A stretch of 64,000 bases of DNA from Hypanus sabinus (Eukaryota): contig NC_082725.1 of the NCBI RefSeq assembly GCF_030144855.1, positions 39,494,001 through 39,558,000 of the forward strand, read 5' to 3'. This document shows positions 52,670 to 64,000 of the stretch, one piece after another; position 1 is the first letter of the stretch; every line of letters starts with the position of its first letter. The position numbers were made by a program, and so were the translations under genes. A model generated the notes under the pieces. The model did not search any database, had not been told where the DNA came from, and saw only the letters and a list, made by a program, of their open reading frames with translations.

Positions 52670-55600
52670 CAGTAGATTCCGGTTAATTGGGCGCATCGGG
52701 ACCAGTACATCTTGGCTCAATTAACTGAGATTTCATGTAAGTAGTTCAAGTATAAAAAGAGCCAAACTATTGTTAACTAAATAATAAATTATATATTAAA
52801 ATAGAAAAAGAACAAATTAGAACACTACCAATACTAGTACAAACAAGCTGGATGAACTCAGCAGATCAGGCAGCATCCGTTGAAATGAACAGTCAACGTT
52901 TCGGGCCGAGACCCTTCGTCAGGAATAATAGTGGTTGTTTGTTATATTCAATGATGACAGAAAACCTGTGCAGGAGAGTTTTTGAAGTGGAAAAGCTGTT
53001 GCATTAAGGTAGTTCCACTCTTCAAGTTCCAGTCGTTCAAGTAGATATCACAACTGGGGTCTGTTGTGTATTTAATATTTCAGTGATATTTGAGTAATCT
53101 TGTAAATATATTGTTTGGTTAAGCATTCTTTGTTGTTTATATAATTCATTATGGTTATATGTAAAAATACATGAACTGTATGCGTCATGATGCAACCACA
53201 TGATATGTGTGCACCTCGCTTAAAGAACAAACTAATACTTGCATCTCTCTGCTCTCGTTTCCCTTTGAATTAGTTTAGCGTTTTAAAGTTACTAAACATA
53301 ACAGTGGTGGCAGGGCATTTTTAACCAGAGACTGTTACTGGCCTGTTGAAGTCCAGGGAGACATTCGAGTTAAAAACAAGTGCAGCGAGGAATGACAAGT
53401 GAAAAAAAAATCAGCTCAGCACATGCAGAAACAGTCGAGTTAATAAAAAGGCTTTAAATAAAAGAATTCATGAGTTCATAAACAGTGAGTGTCAAGTGAT
53501 AATAATCAAATAAAAACAGCAGAAAAGGCTGGCTACATTGGAAAGATTGATGTGTTTGATTACACAATGGGTAACTGACTCATGTATACAGAGATAATTG
53601 AACAGTATTTTTAAGCAAATGGAGTAGCCAATGAGAAACAAATTTTGCTGAGTGCATCAGGTTTAAAGGCATATAGTTTGCATAGAAGTTTAACTGCTCC
53701 AACTAAACCAGTCAAAATGAACTATGATGATATTGTGAAAGTAATGCTGGAACATTTAGAACTGAAACCATTGTGGATTACAAAATGTTTTAGGTTTCAT
53801 AAGTGGAATCAAAAGCAAGTGGAGTCCATTTTAACATATATGGCTGAATTAAAGAGATTGTCTGAGCATCGTCAGTTCAGTAATAGGCTTAATAATGTAC
53901 TGAGAGCTCATTTAGTTTGGGGAATCTTACAAGAATGCATTCAAAAATGGCTCCTAACTGAAGCACAACTTATATTTAAAAGAGCAGTTGAAATAGCTGT
54001 ATTAATGGAAGCTGCAGATAGAGGTGCACTTGCATTGCAGAAAGGAATGAAAGTGAGTGTGAACAAAATTGCAATATTTAAACAGAAACTAGCCTGGCTG
54101 AACAAACTTTATTACCATTGTGGTAGAGGCTCACATTCACCAGTCCAATGTAGATTTCAAGGTGAAACTTGCAGAAAATGCAATAAAGTAGACACATACA
54201 AAGAGTATAATGGGCAGACAAAAATAAATAGCATGCACAGGGAAAAGAAAAAGTTTAAAAAAAGTCAAACTGCATTTTCAAAAGGAGCACTAATCTACAT
54301 GGTGTTATGAAAAATCTGATAATGTTGTAAGTGACACAGGACTGTGTAGCCTTAAGATTAATAATGTGAAAACTAACAATATAGCTGATGCCAGAAATGA
54401 ATGGCAAATTAATTAAAATGGAATTAAACAATGGCTCAATCAAGAGAAAATCTGCAGATGCTGGAAATCCAAGCAACACACACAAAATGCTGAAGGAACT
54501 GAGCAGGCCTGAGAGCATCAATGGAAAAGAGTACAATCAACATTTCATGTGGAGAGGAGGAGAAAGGTGTCCAGAGCTGTCAACCACTTCCTGCAGTCTC
54601 AGAATCAACTCTGACAACCACCAAAGAGACCCAAGGACCTGAAATTGTTTTCACAGCTGCAAGTCGCACCTGCCAAGTAGATTGATCCCCCTTGTCAGGA
54701 AAGGCCTCATCTTACAAGAGTAAGAAAGCTTCCACTCTGATTAAATCATAAGAACTGAATGGAACAATTTAAAAATTGACAATGCTGTGGCTGTCTATGT
54801 TGAAGTGCATTAGATAGTATACTGTGTATATGGTTGAGATGCATTCTTTATTGAGTTGGAGCTTATAGCTAAATAGGGAGGAGTGTTGTATATTTTATAT
54901 TTGGATAACATTGTAAATATATTGTTTGATTAAACATTCCTTTTTGTTTCTATAATTCATTACGGTAATGTATAAAAATGTGTATTGCATATGCAATTAT
55001 GCTCCCATGTGATATGTGCACACTTTGCTTAAAGCAAAGAACAAACTAAGACTTGCATCTCTTGGCTCTCTTGTTTTCCTTTGAATTAGTTTAATGTTTT
55101 GAATAGCAGGGTCTCCTCCCTGGTTGCAGTAGATGACCATGACTACTTCTGTGTCTCGTCATGCCCTTCGCTCTCTGTTGCAGAACCACCTTCCTGGGCA
55201 TTGGATCTCACGGTCTGGTCTTTGCATGATTGGACATGCACGTCCCTATCTCACCAGCATATCAGACCCACCCCTACCCTTGTCTCATTTAGCCCACCTG
55301 TTGAAGTAGTGTACTAGGACATGGCTGCTGTCACAAGCAAACATCTACTTGGATTCACCGGTTGCACCTGAGTGATCTCAAGGTGGTTGTTGATAACTTC
55401 AAATTCTTTGTAGCTCCTAAATTGTTGAAGTAGTGAAATCATTTCATTTTCACTCCTGGCTGTTTCTGGCATTTCCAAGCCTGAATGCTTGAAACCACGG
55501 TGACCGAAACAGTTCCTAGTTGCCTAACTGCTTTATTTCCTCCCAACAATGGCAGACAAAAATCATTGCCTTTTGAACACAAGCACACGCAATAGCCACT

Positions 55601-55708
55601 ATTTTAAAACTGTTCACACTAACTGTGATGTAAGTGTCTAATGGCCACAGAAATGCACATGCGATGCTAGACCCAACTAACCAATAGCCAATTATTCAGG
55701 ATCCACTG
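52670..55708 (-). mobile_element. pogo/Tigger-like non-autonomous element, copy 2, expanded by nested insertions
   Basis: TA-cagtagattccggttaattggg ... ccaattattcaggatccactg-TA. Collinear with 36930-37988 once the insertions are removed. Confidence 0.8.
53062..55108 (+). mobile_element. Internally deleted Ty3/Gypsy LTR retrotransposon with both LTRs
   Basis: LTRs at 53062-53303 and 54884-55108 (TG...CA), PBS-like tggtggcag at 53305, PPT agggaggag at 54875-54883, 5-bp TSD GGGTC (53057-53061 and 55109-55113). Gag remnant with CCHC-like HCGRGSHSPVQC..CRKC (ORF 53645..54310) and protease start NGKLIKMELNNGS. Confidence 0.9.
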
Positions 55709-56009
55709 TACCGTCACTGATTATGCTCATAATGCAGGAAATGCAGAAGCCAATTATACCCACAGCAAGATCCACAAATGGACACCCATCACGATAGTTA
55801 TTACCAACGTACACTGTTTACTCTGTAGGCTTCGCATAAGCAAGGAATTTCATTACACCCATGTATATATGACAATAAACTAATCTGAATGAGCTTTTTA
55901 GAGGATTAGCTGTTGGCTGGAACACTGCAGTAAAACATCTTTTTTTAATCACACATTTTATGCCAATATTAGTTTAATGTGTCATGTGAGAGATGTTACT
56001 TCATCAAAT

Positions 56010-56420
56010 CATGGAGCATTAGAGCATGCTGACCATGTGCCAAGCTGAGTTAGTCCCATCTGCCTACATTTGGCCCATATACTTCTAAACCTATCCATCT
56101 CCCCACCCAAATTTCATTACTTTAGAAGTTTTTTTTTCTGGCATTGTCCCCTTTCCTTTTCAGTCCTGAGGAAGGGTCTTGGCCCAAAAAATTGCCTGTT
56201 TGTTTATTTCCATAGATGCTGCCTCATCTGCTGAGTTTCTCCAGCATTTTGTGTTCTATCATTTAAACATTCTGTATTGCCGCTACTACTCATTCCATCT
56301 ACCCACCATCTGCTGTGTGGAAAGCTTGCCCTCAGATCCCCTTTAAGTCTTTCCCCTCTCACCTCAAATCTATACTGTTTTTCGTTTCCCCTGCCCTGGG
56401 AAAAAGATTCCATTACCACT
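56010..56420. mobile_element. CR1 3' end (-) interrupted by a Penelope 3' fragment (~56110-56255, +)
   Basis: CR1 ERLKGDLRASFPH remnant. The insert cagtcctgaggaagggtcttggcccaaaa..agatgctgcc is a decayed hammerhead. Confidence 0.7.
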
Positions 56421-57974
56421 CTCTGACATCTGACAGCACAGTTCAATCCCCATACTGCAATGAGATCAAAGGCCTACATTCTAATGCTTAACATGTAGAG
56501 AGAGTGTCAGAGGTGAGAGTACTACCCACTAGGCTCAAAGCAACATCTATTCCAGATGAACCAAGCACAAACCAAAACCCGTTAGAGTAACTGACCATTC
56601 TTATTTATATGGAGTGAAATAGCTTACTTATTACATTGATTATTGTATTTCACATTAAAGTTCAAACAACAGTAAACACAGATAATGTTCAGTCTCCTAC
56701 TTTGAAAAGACAATTAATTTAACCCAGATCATTAAAGGGAGCTGTGGCGCAGTAAATGATGGCAAAAATAAACAAATAGTTATTTCAAAGTAATTCAGTA
56801 TTTTTAGCGTTTTAGCTAAGATGTGCAATGAGGTGGAATGAACCAGAATTCTAATCCGTTCACAGTCAATGCTAAGTTGGACATATTCCTGGAGATGACA
56901 TCTATGTCCACTTGCCACTAACCACAGTACCAAGTAGTTTCTGCTTTAACCACACTGTCCCTAAGCTCTGGTTTGTGGTCACCCAAGGCCAACTGCTTTC
57001 ATACCAATTAAAAAGTCAGTAAAAAATTGTTTTTACTGTCCTCTATCTATTCAATAAATTTATAACTCCTGGTGTAAAAGGGAGCAGAATGCTATACAAA
57101 GGCCTTGGGAAATGCAAAGACCCATGCTACCATACCTCTAAAGTTCCATGCTTCCAAGTTTGGAAAGATGATTGGAAATGGGAAGAGAAATAAGATGAAC
57201 CTGTTGCTCAAAAGCAAATATGCAAAATGGACGCTGTTTAACATGAATAAGAATTCCTCCAAAGCCAACCTACTCCAAATTAAAGTACTTCCTCTGGCTC
57301 CAATGCTGGTGCAGTTACGACTGATCCTAACAATCTCAGAAGAAATACCACAGTTAGACTATATTAATTATTAATAAACATCAATTATTTTTACTGGCAT
57401 GCACATTATGTGGAAACACATCATATAGCAGGACGTCACTTAAACTAAGTGGATCAACACTTCAAGAAGTGAACAACAAATTTAACTGGCTAAGTGTGGG
57501 TTTGAACCACTGTTCTTGAAAAACCTGAAAGCATACGTCTTGCCAGTTCTTCAAATCTGTCCCGTGCCATGATATCTGGAAAATCACAAATAGAAATACC
57601 CTGTTCTGTCATACCTTGCAGCTATGAAATCAAGTTGGAGAGCCAAAGGGAAAGCTCACAGTTTATTAGAGAAGAAAAAATACTGGAACGTTCCTATCCT
57701 ATTCCCATGACCAATAGAAAACAGCGCAGGTCACATTGACAAGTCTGCTGATGTAATTTTTCACCAAAACGAACCACCACAGAAATGGTCTCAAGCACGC
57801 ATACTGTGAGTATTTCGACACTTTTCCCCAGTACAGAAATTTATCACAAGTTTCTCAGAATTCCACCAAGACCTTTGCTACAAATGGCTGTAAAAGATTC
57901 TCGACATCAGAGGGTAGGAAATTCTCTCTTTTTCAGCCCAAATTGCAATCAAAACCAAATCACCATTTCAGGAT

Positions 57975-58920
57975 CACAAGAGTCTGCAGATGCTGGAACA
58001 AAGCTGAGAAGACAGCGTTTGTAGAGACTAAGGGATAATTAATGATTTGGGTCAAACGCTGCATCAGATTGAGAGTGTAAAGGGGAGATAACTTGTATAA
58101 AAAGGTGAGGCAAGCACTTGTTGGGTCCAGGTGATGAGGGGCTGATGGGCAGATAGATCCAGGTAGAGGTGTGAGGGTGGAGACAACATCAGAGGCTGGG
58201 GGGTGATGTGAAGGCAACAAAGGACTGCAGAATACAGAATTTAATAAGAAAGGAAGGTCATGAGTAGAACCAGATGAGGAAAGAAAAATGGTGGGTGCAG
58301 AAGGACTATGGGATAAGGGACTCAGCTCATTGTCCATTGGGTGATGGAGAAATTGAGTGAGAGGGAGAGAAAACAAATTGGGTAAGAAGGCTGCGAACCT
58401 AATCTGCAGCCCTTTGTTGTTTCTTCCCAGCCTTGTCACTATTTCAAGCATTCACCGAACTCCATTTGCCCACCAACCCCCACCTCATCATATCCACCAG
58501 TTCCTTTCTAGCTCCTACCTCACCACACCCCTTCCTCCTCTTACACTTGCTTCCTCTCCCTTATGCTCTGATTTTGATGTGGGGACCTGACCTGAGAAGT
58601 CAACTATCCTTTAGATCCTTCAATGTAGAGACCTACAGCAAGGTGACAGGCCCTTCCAACCCAAGGAGCCCATATACACTCATGTGACCAATTAACCTAC
58701 TAATCCGTACGCATCTGGAATGTGGGAGGAAACTGGAGCACCAGAGGAAACCCACAAAGTCACAGGGAGAGCACACAAACTCTTTACAGCCAGCAGTGGG
58801 AATTGAACCTAGGTCACCGGTACTGGAATAGCCTTATGCTAACCGCCATGTTACCATGCCAACCCCAACAGATGCTGCCTGGCACACTAAGTTCTCCCAG
58901 CAGCTTATTTTGTAGCTCAC
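57975..58920. mobile_element. Old inverted pair of Penelope 3' ends; the plus arm is interrupted by a V-SINE (58622-58866, -)
   Basis: The minus arm starts cacaagagtctgcagatgctgg. The plus arm ttttgatgtggggacctgacctgagaagtcaact..|SINE|..cagatgctgcctggcacactaagttctcccagc follows. Confidence 0.65.
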
Positions 58921-59554
58921 CGTTCCATAGTATGGTGATGCAGCTCTGTTGGTGAACCTGTAAACTAGAGGCTCGGGATAATTAGTCTAGGGTGAGGGTT
59001 AAAATGCGATAAAGGCAGTTTTTACAATGGGACTTTAGTTGAAATAAATGAGCAGATTAAATAATGCAAACCTCTCTTTCTCATAGCATCCAGGAATTAG
59101 AAATACGTAGCTTGCAGTCTCGCTATCAACACTCACATCACAAGAACAAACTTTTTTTTAAAGTAAATTCAGTAACTTCCAATGAGAATCAATATAAATT
59201 AGAAATACTTCACCACAGAAAGCATTTGTGCATTTTTATACCAAAGTACCATGTACGTGCAAATACTTATGAACAAGCCTGTATAATGGAATCTATAATG
59301 ACAGGTGACAAACATGTGACTTAATATGTTTGCTCCAACACACCAGATGTGAAAGAGAAGCATCTCTCAAGTGAGCAAATTCATCCAACATCACTTCTTT
59401 TTGGAAATTCTTGCTTGTTGCTGGGAGACACAAAAATACAGATTATTTAACTGAATCCATTACATTCTTGAATTTTTTAAAAAAACAATGGATTGTCAAT
59501 GCTTGGCCATTCATGACATTCCATCTGCCAAAAGCTGAATTTCCCAGTGAACAG

Positions 59555-60215
59555 CCGTTCTCATTTCTATCCCCATTCTTGTAATGACATGTCAGCCCAT
59601 GGCCTCCTTTTTTGCCATGATGAGGCCATTCTCAGGGTAGAGGAGCATCACTTCACATTCTGTCCATGTAGCCTCCAACCCTGATGGCAAGAACATAGAT
59701 TTCTCCTTTTTCTCCCTCCCTCTTCTTCTATTCCCCACTCTAACCTCTTCTCCTCAACTGCCTGTCACCTTCCCCGGTTGCCCATTCTTTTTCCCTTTCT
59801 CCCACGGTCCGCTCTCCTCCCCTGTCAGATTCATTCTTCTCCAGCCCTTTACCTTTCCCTTCCATTTGGCTTGATTGATCACCTTCTAGCTATCCTCCTT
59901 TCCCTTCCCCCACCTTTTTTTTATTCTGGTGTCTTCCCCCTTCCATTCCAGTCCCGAAGAAGGGTCTCAGCCCAAAACATCCATTATTCATTCATTTCCA
60001 CAGATGCTGTCTGACCCTGCTGAATTCCTCTCGCATTTTGTGTGTGCTGCTCTGGATCAAATGAAACTGATGTTTTAGGAATAACAATCGCCATCTTGAA
60101 AGATCATGAACTTGAAACAGCAAATCTTTTTCTCTCTCTACAGATGTTGCGTGGCTTGCTGATTACAACACTCCCTGGTCCTTTTTATTAGATACTCAGC
60201 ATTTGCAGTATTTTG
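59555..60215 (+). mobile_element. Penelope 3' end (59555-60057) followed by a second, older terminal fragment (60095-60215)
   Basis: HGLLFCHDEAILRVEEHHFTFC remnant, pyrimidine UTR and decayed hammerhead cagtcccgaagaagggtctcagcccaaaacatc. Confidence 0.8.
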
Positions 60216-61960
60216 CTTTAGTGTTGTTTAAGTATTATCTGGTGCTCAAACACTGTTTGTGTCAAAGACAGTGATGTATCTCTTGTATTACAATAGACTG
60301 CCCAGTGTAATTGACTGTTATTTTCCTTATGTTAAATGAAAAACACCTTTTCAAAAAAAACAATACCCTGCATTATCTAAACAGTTGAAATTGCAAGTTG
60401 AACTTCTGTAATGAAGTCCCTATGCATGATCCATTTGTGATCATCGGCATTTGCTGCCGTTGGATGCTCTCAAATCAATAACCAGCTTCGACTTGCAGGT
60501 CAATATTCAGACTTCAGCTGCATAACGCCATAGCCAGTTTCTCTTAGTCCCTTAAGTACTTTGATGGATTCCATCTGGTCCCGATTGTGTAATACGAAAG
60601 CAAATATTTGATGTTTATATGGTACAAGACTTTTAAGTTGCATCCGATTTATCCCTTTCCTCATCTCCTGCATCAGTTTTTGCTGGCGACACAAGAAACA
60701 GTAGGTGCTGGAGTGCAGAACAAAAAAAATATTAACTTCTGGAGAAACTCAGTGGGTCAAGCAGCAAATGTGGGTTAATGTTTCAGGCCAAGTCCAACAT
60801 CATGACTGAGAGTGTAGAGGGAAGTCTTGCCAGAGTGTGGATCCTGAGGATCAGATATTCAAGTGATCTGTCTTCCAGCAAGAAAATTTGACTATCCAGC
60901 CAAGCATGTTGCAACTTCACGAGTTGGCCAAATTCTCCCTCAACTGCCGTTCTGCCAGGACATCACAGCTCGATTGCGATTAGGATGAATTGTTCTTCAC
61001 ACTCCAGAAATACACCCCTCACTGTCCAACCCACACTCTTTAGACCAATATTTGTAATGCACTTGGTTCTGTCTGCTTCTAACGCGAATATATTCAGAGC
61101 ATCTGGACAGAGAGATCAGGGTACCTCATTTTATATAGCCTTTTGCTGTTATCACATTTCAATGCTCTGGGAGAATTTAAACAGTTATACCCCAGTTCAT
61201 CCTAAGTTGTATTGCAGTCAATGAATTTGGAGTGGTCTCTGAGGGAGTGGAGAATGGATGAATGATCTTTTGCTATTAGTGTTCAAGTCAGAACCCATCA
61301 ATTATTCAAAAAAATACAGCACTAACTCCATACATACACAAAGTTGGTTGCCATTACAGATTTTAGGAACATTTGACAGCTGTGGTTTGACTCTGAATCA
61401 TCAACTGCAGCCATGAAATTAGCTGCCAAACAAACTTTCCTGCCTTAATTGCTTCAGAACTATAGGGCTTAAAAGTTGCCTGCAGGACGGCAACTGTAGA
61501 AACTGCTCATACATTTCAGAATGGTGGAACTACAGGTTCCACTCGTTATCAACACAAACAGTCCAGCAGCAGACTTCCGCGCTCTGCCTCTCACCACCAG
61601 TCACAGCCAGCTACATGTTATGTTGAGAAATAAGCAGCAAGGGCAAAAACAACACAATTCTTGCAACCAGCTTGGCTTTGTCCTGTACCTGCATACAATT
61701 CCAAAAGCACTCAAATAAAAGGTTCTCTTTAAAGTATGCTGGGTGCTCTCCCCACTTCAGAGAAAAGATAGAACTTGCATATATACAATATAACACCCAT
61801 CAAAATTGCAAGATGTATTATTGACTATACCTGTGAGTGTATCGTTGCAATGTACGCCAATGTTCAGCCATAAAGTTCAAAACAACAATAACATAAATGA
61901 CACAAATAATTTATGTGTGGGCATCACTGGCAGAGGCTTCGCAGTAGTGAATTTAAAGAG

Positions 61961-62286
61961 CAAACACAAGGAAATCTGCAGGTGCTGGAAATTGAAGCAA
62001 CACACACAAAATGCTGGTGGAACACAGCAGGCCAGGCAGCATCTATAAGGAGAAGTACTGTCGACGCTTCGGGCCGAGACCCTTCGTCAGGACTAACCGA
62101 AAGGAAAAATAGTAAGAGATTTGACAGTAGTGGGGGGAGGGGGAAATGCAAAATGATAGGAGAAGACCGGAGTGGGCGGGAATCGGTTAGTCCTGACGAA
62201 GGGTCTCGGCCCGAAACGTCGACAGCGCTTCTCCCTATAGATGCTGCCTGGCCTGCTGTGTTCCACCAGCATTTTGTGTGTTGTTG
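61961..62286. mobile_element. Young inverted pair of Penelope terminal repeats
   Basis: 61998-62100 is the near-perfect reverse complement of 62183-62286. Confidence 0.9.
62190..62223 (+). ncRNA. Minimal type-I hammerhead ribozyme motif, intact core
   Basis: gtc CTGACGA a gggtctcggccc GAAA c GTC gac; predicted cleavage after 62220. Confidence 0.8.
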
Positions 62287-62594
62287 TTCAAATAATTTAT
62301 GTAGTAGTTCTGGTTAAGAATTATCCTAAATCTCAAGGAAAACTCTTTTCAATAACAGCTTTTCCTCCATTTATTCAACTTCCAAGATCTGAGCATCATT
62401 GGCAATGCCAGCATATATTCTTCATCCCTAGTTGGCCTTGAAGTTGTGATGGTGAGCTGCTATTTTGGGCCACTGCATCCTTTTGGTAAAGGTATTTCCA
62501 CCAGGTTGCTGGACAGCAAGTTCCAAAGTCGTAAAAATCAAGGACTCAACATGCATTCCAATTCAAGATGGTGTGTAACGTAGAAAGAAACTAG

Positions 62595-63226
62595 CACGAG
62601 AAATTCTGCAGACGATAGAAATCCAAATCAAAATATACAAAATGCTGGAGGAACTTGGCAGGCCAGGCAACATCCATGGATATGGACAAACAGTAATGTT
62701 TCCGGCCAAGACCCTACTTCAGGACTGGCTAAAGAAAGTGAGGTGGTCAGGGCCAAGGAATTGAAATCCTTTGAGATCGAGAGCATGATGCGGCAGGTGT
62801 ACGTGGCAATGGACAGATCCAAGAGGGATTGAAAGGAGTCGAGGTATGCCGACACAAGTTTAGTGGGACAGGAGCAGGTAGAATCGATTGGCCTAGCCGG
62901 ATAGTCAGGTTTATGGATCTTGGGTAGGAGGTAGAAAGGAGCAGTGCGAGGTAAAGGAACTGTGAGGTTGGTGGCAGTGGGTGGGAGATCTTCAGAGTAG
63001 ATTAGGTTTGTGCTGATGTGAGAGACTGTGGCCTGATAGTCTGGAGTGGGGTCATTTTCTTTTTTTTTTGTAATTTATTTTTTTATTGAAGTTCATCAAA
63101 CAAACATTTCCATAAGATGTATTTCAGACATTGTACGTATATATCATATAATCATATATAATCACAAAATCTCCACGAAGTATTTATTTCAAAGGGTAAG
63201 TAAGAGGAGGTGTCTGAGAGCTGGAT
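62595..63226 (-). mobile_element. Penelope element relic: terminal repeat joined to RT fragment, with a poly(A)-tailed insert at ~63055-63186
   Basis: The minus strand translates to DPTPDYQATVSH..PRTAPFYLLPKIHKPDYPARPIDSTCSCPTKLVSAYLD (PLE RT motifs LPKIHK/RPI). Confidence 0.85.
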
Positions 63227-64000
63227 CAATTCCTTTCCTGATTTCCCCTCAGTCTAGCTCGAGCACTTTAATTAACTGGAAAATCTCCCTTCCTGTATCC
63301 TCAGCTCAACTAATTTACTGTTTGCTTCATAGGTAAGGAAGCCTAACAAAACACGGCTAGATCTGCAGCCAAGTTGAGGGCACTCTCACAAAACTATGAT
63401 TAAAGCAATGCAGCTTTCCAGATGCATTTGGGATAGGTTAGTGTGTGGGAAAAAAATGATTATTAAATTCAGAGGTAGTTGTTATCAGAGGTGAATGTGA
63501 TCCTTGACAGCATATTGAAAATTCCCCAGCTGGCAGAATTAGCAGATATAAACCTGTATGCTTTGCAAGTGAAATAAGCCTCCCTGTTCTGAAGCAAACA
63601 AAGCATTGATAAAAGGTAGATAAAGAATATATACCATTGTGGCTATTTCAATACTCACATGCTTTAGAAAGGTACATCACCAGAGATTGTAGGGAACAGC
63701 AAAAAGATGAGCACTAAAGGAAAAAATTCCGAATTTCCCATCATTCCCATTATGCAAAAAGAGCCAAGTGACGACCAGCATACAGAGGAAATGTTGATAA
63801 TGTTTAATGGAACAGTGGTTGACTTAACAAAAGTAAAACCACTGATTGTTGTCAATGAAAGAGAATTACATAGTCATGACATTTGAGCTTGACCCTGGGC
63901 ACAGTGTTACACTAGTTAACCAGAAGCAATGTACAGCCAATGAGGTGGGCTAGCTAAATCTGAAAACCCATACACGTGAAAGCATTGAATTAGTTGGAGT

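Noticed and set aside
53645-54310. 221-aa ORF as a host gene or domesticated gag
   Set aside because: It lies between two LTRs, is preceded by in-frame stops and drifts out of frame. It is a decayed Gypsy gag.

Overview
Eukaryotic, repeat-dense vertebrate DNA. The repeat repertoire (CR1, Rex1/Babar, V-SINE/HE1-like, DeuSINE, Penelope) points to a cartilaginous fish, probably a ray. The only host-gene coding sequence I can support is one 96-nt minus-strand exon (9519-9614) encoding the UBZ zinc finger of the E3 ligase ZNRF2, so the rest of the window is intronic (a >54 kb upstream intron and a >9.5 kb downstream intron). The introns hold a nearly intact CR1 LINE and an inverted near-identical copy on the other side of the exon. 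They also hold decayed CR1, Rex1 and Vingi-like LINEs, Tc1 and pogo/Tigger relics, an internally deleted Gypsy element with both LTRs, a solo LTR, SINEs and a minisatellite. The most striking signal is a Penelope-like (GIY-YIG) retroelement family present as about 20 fragments. Its 3' end carries a minimal hammerhead ribozyme (CTGAnGA-A-stem II-GAAA-CGTC). Intact cores lie at 47455-47488 (-, sense in the ZNRF2 pre-mRNA) and 62190-62223 (+), and copies recur as inverted pairs. All calls were made by eye; no database search was run.
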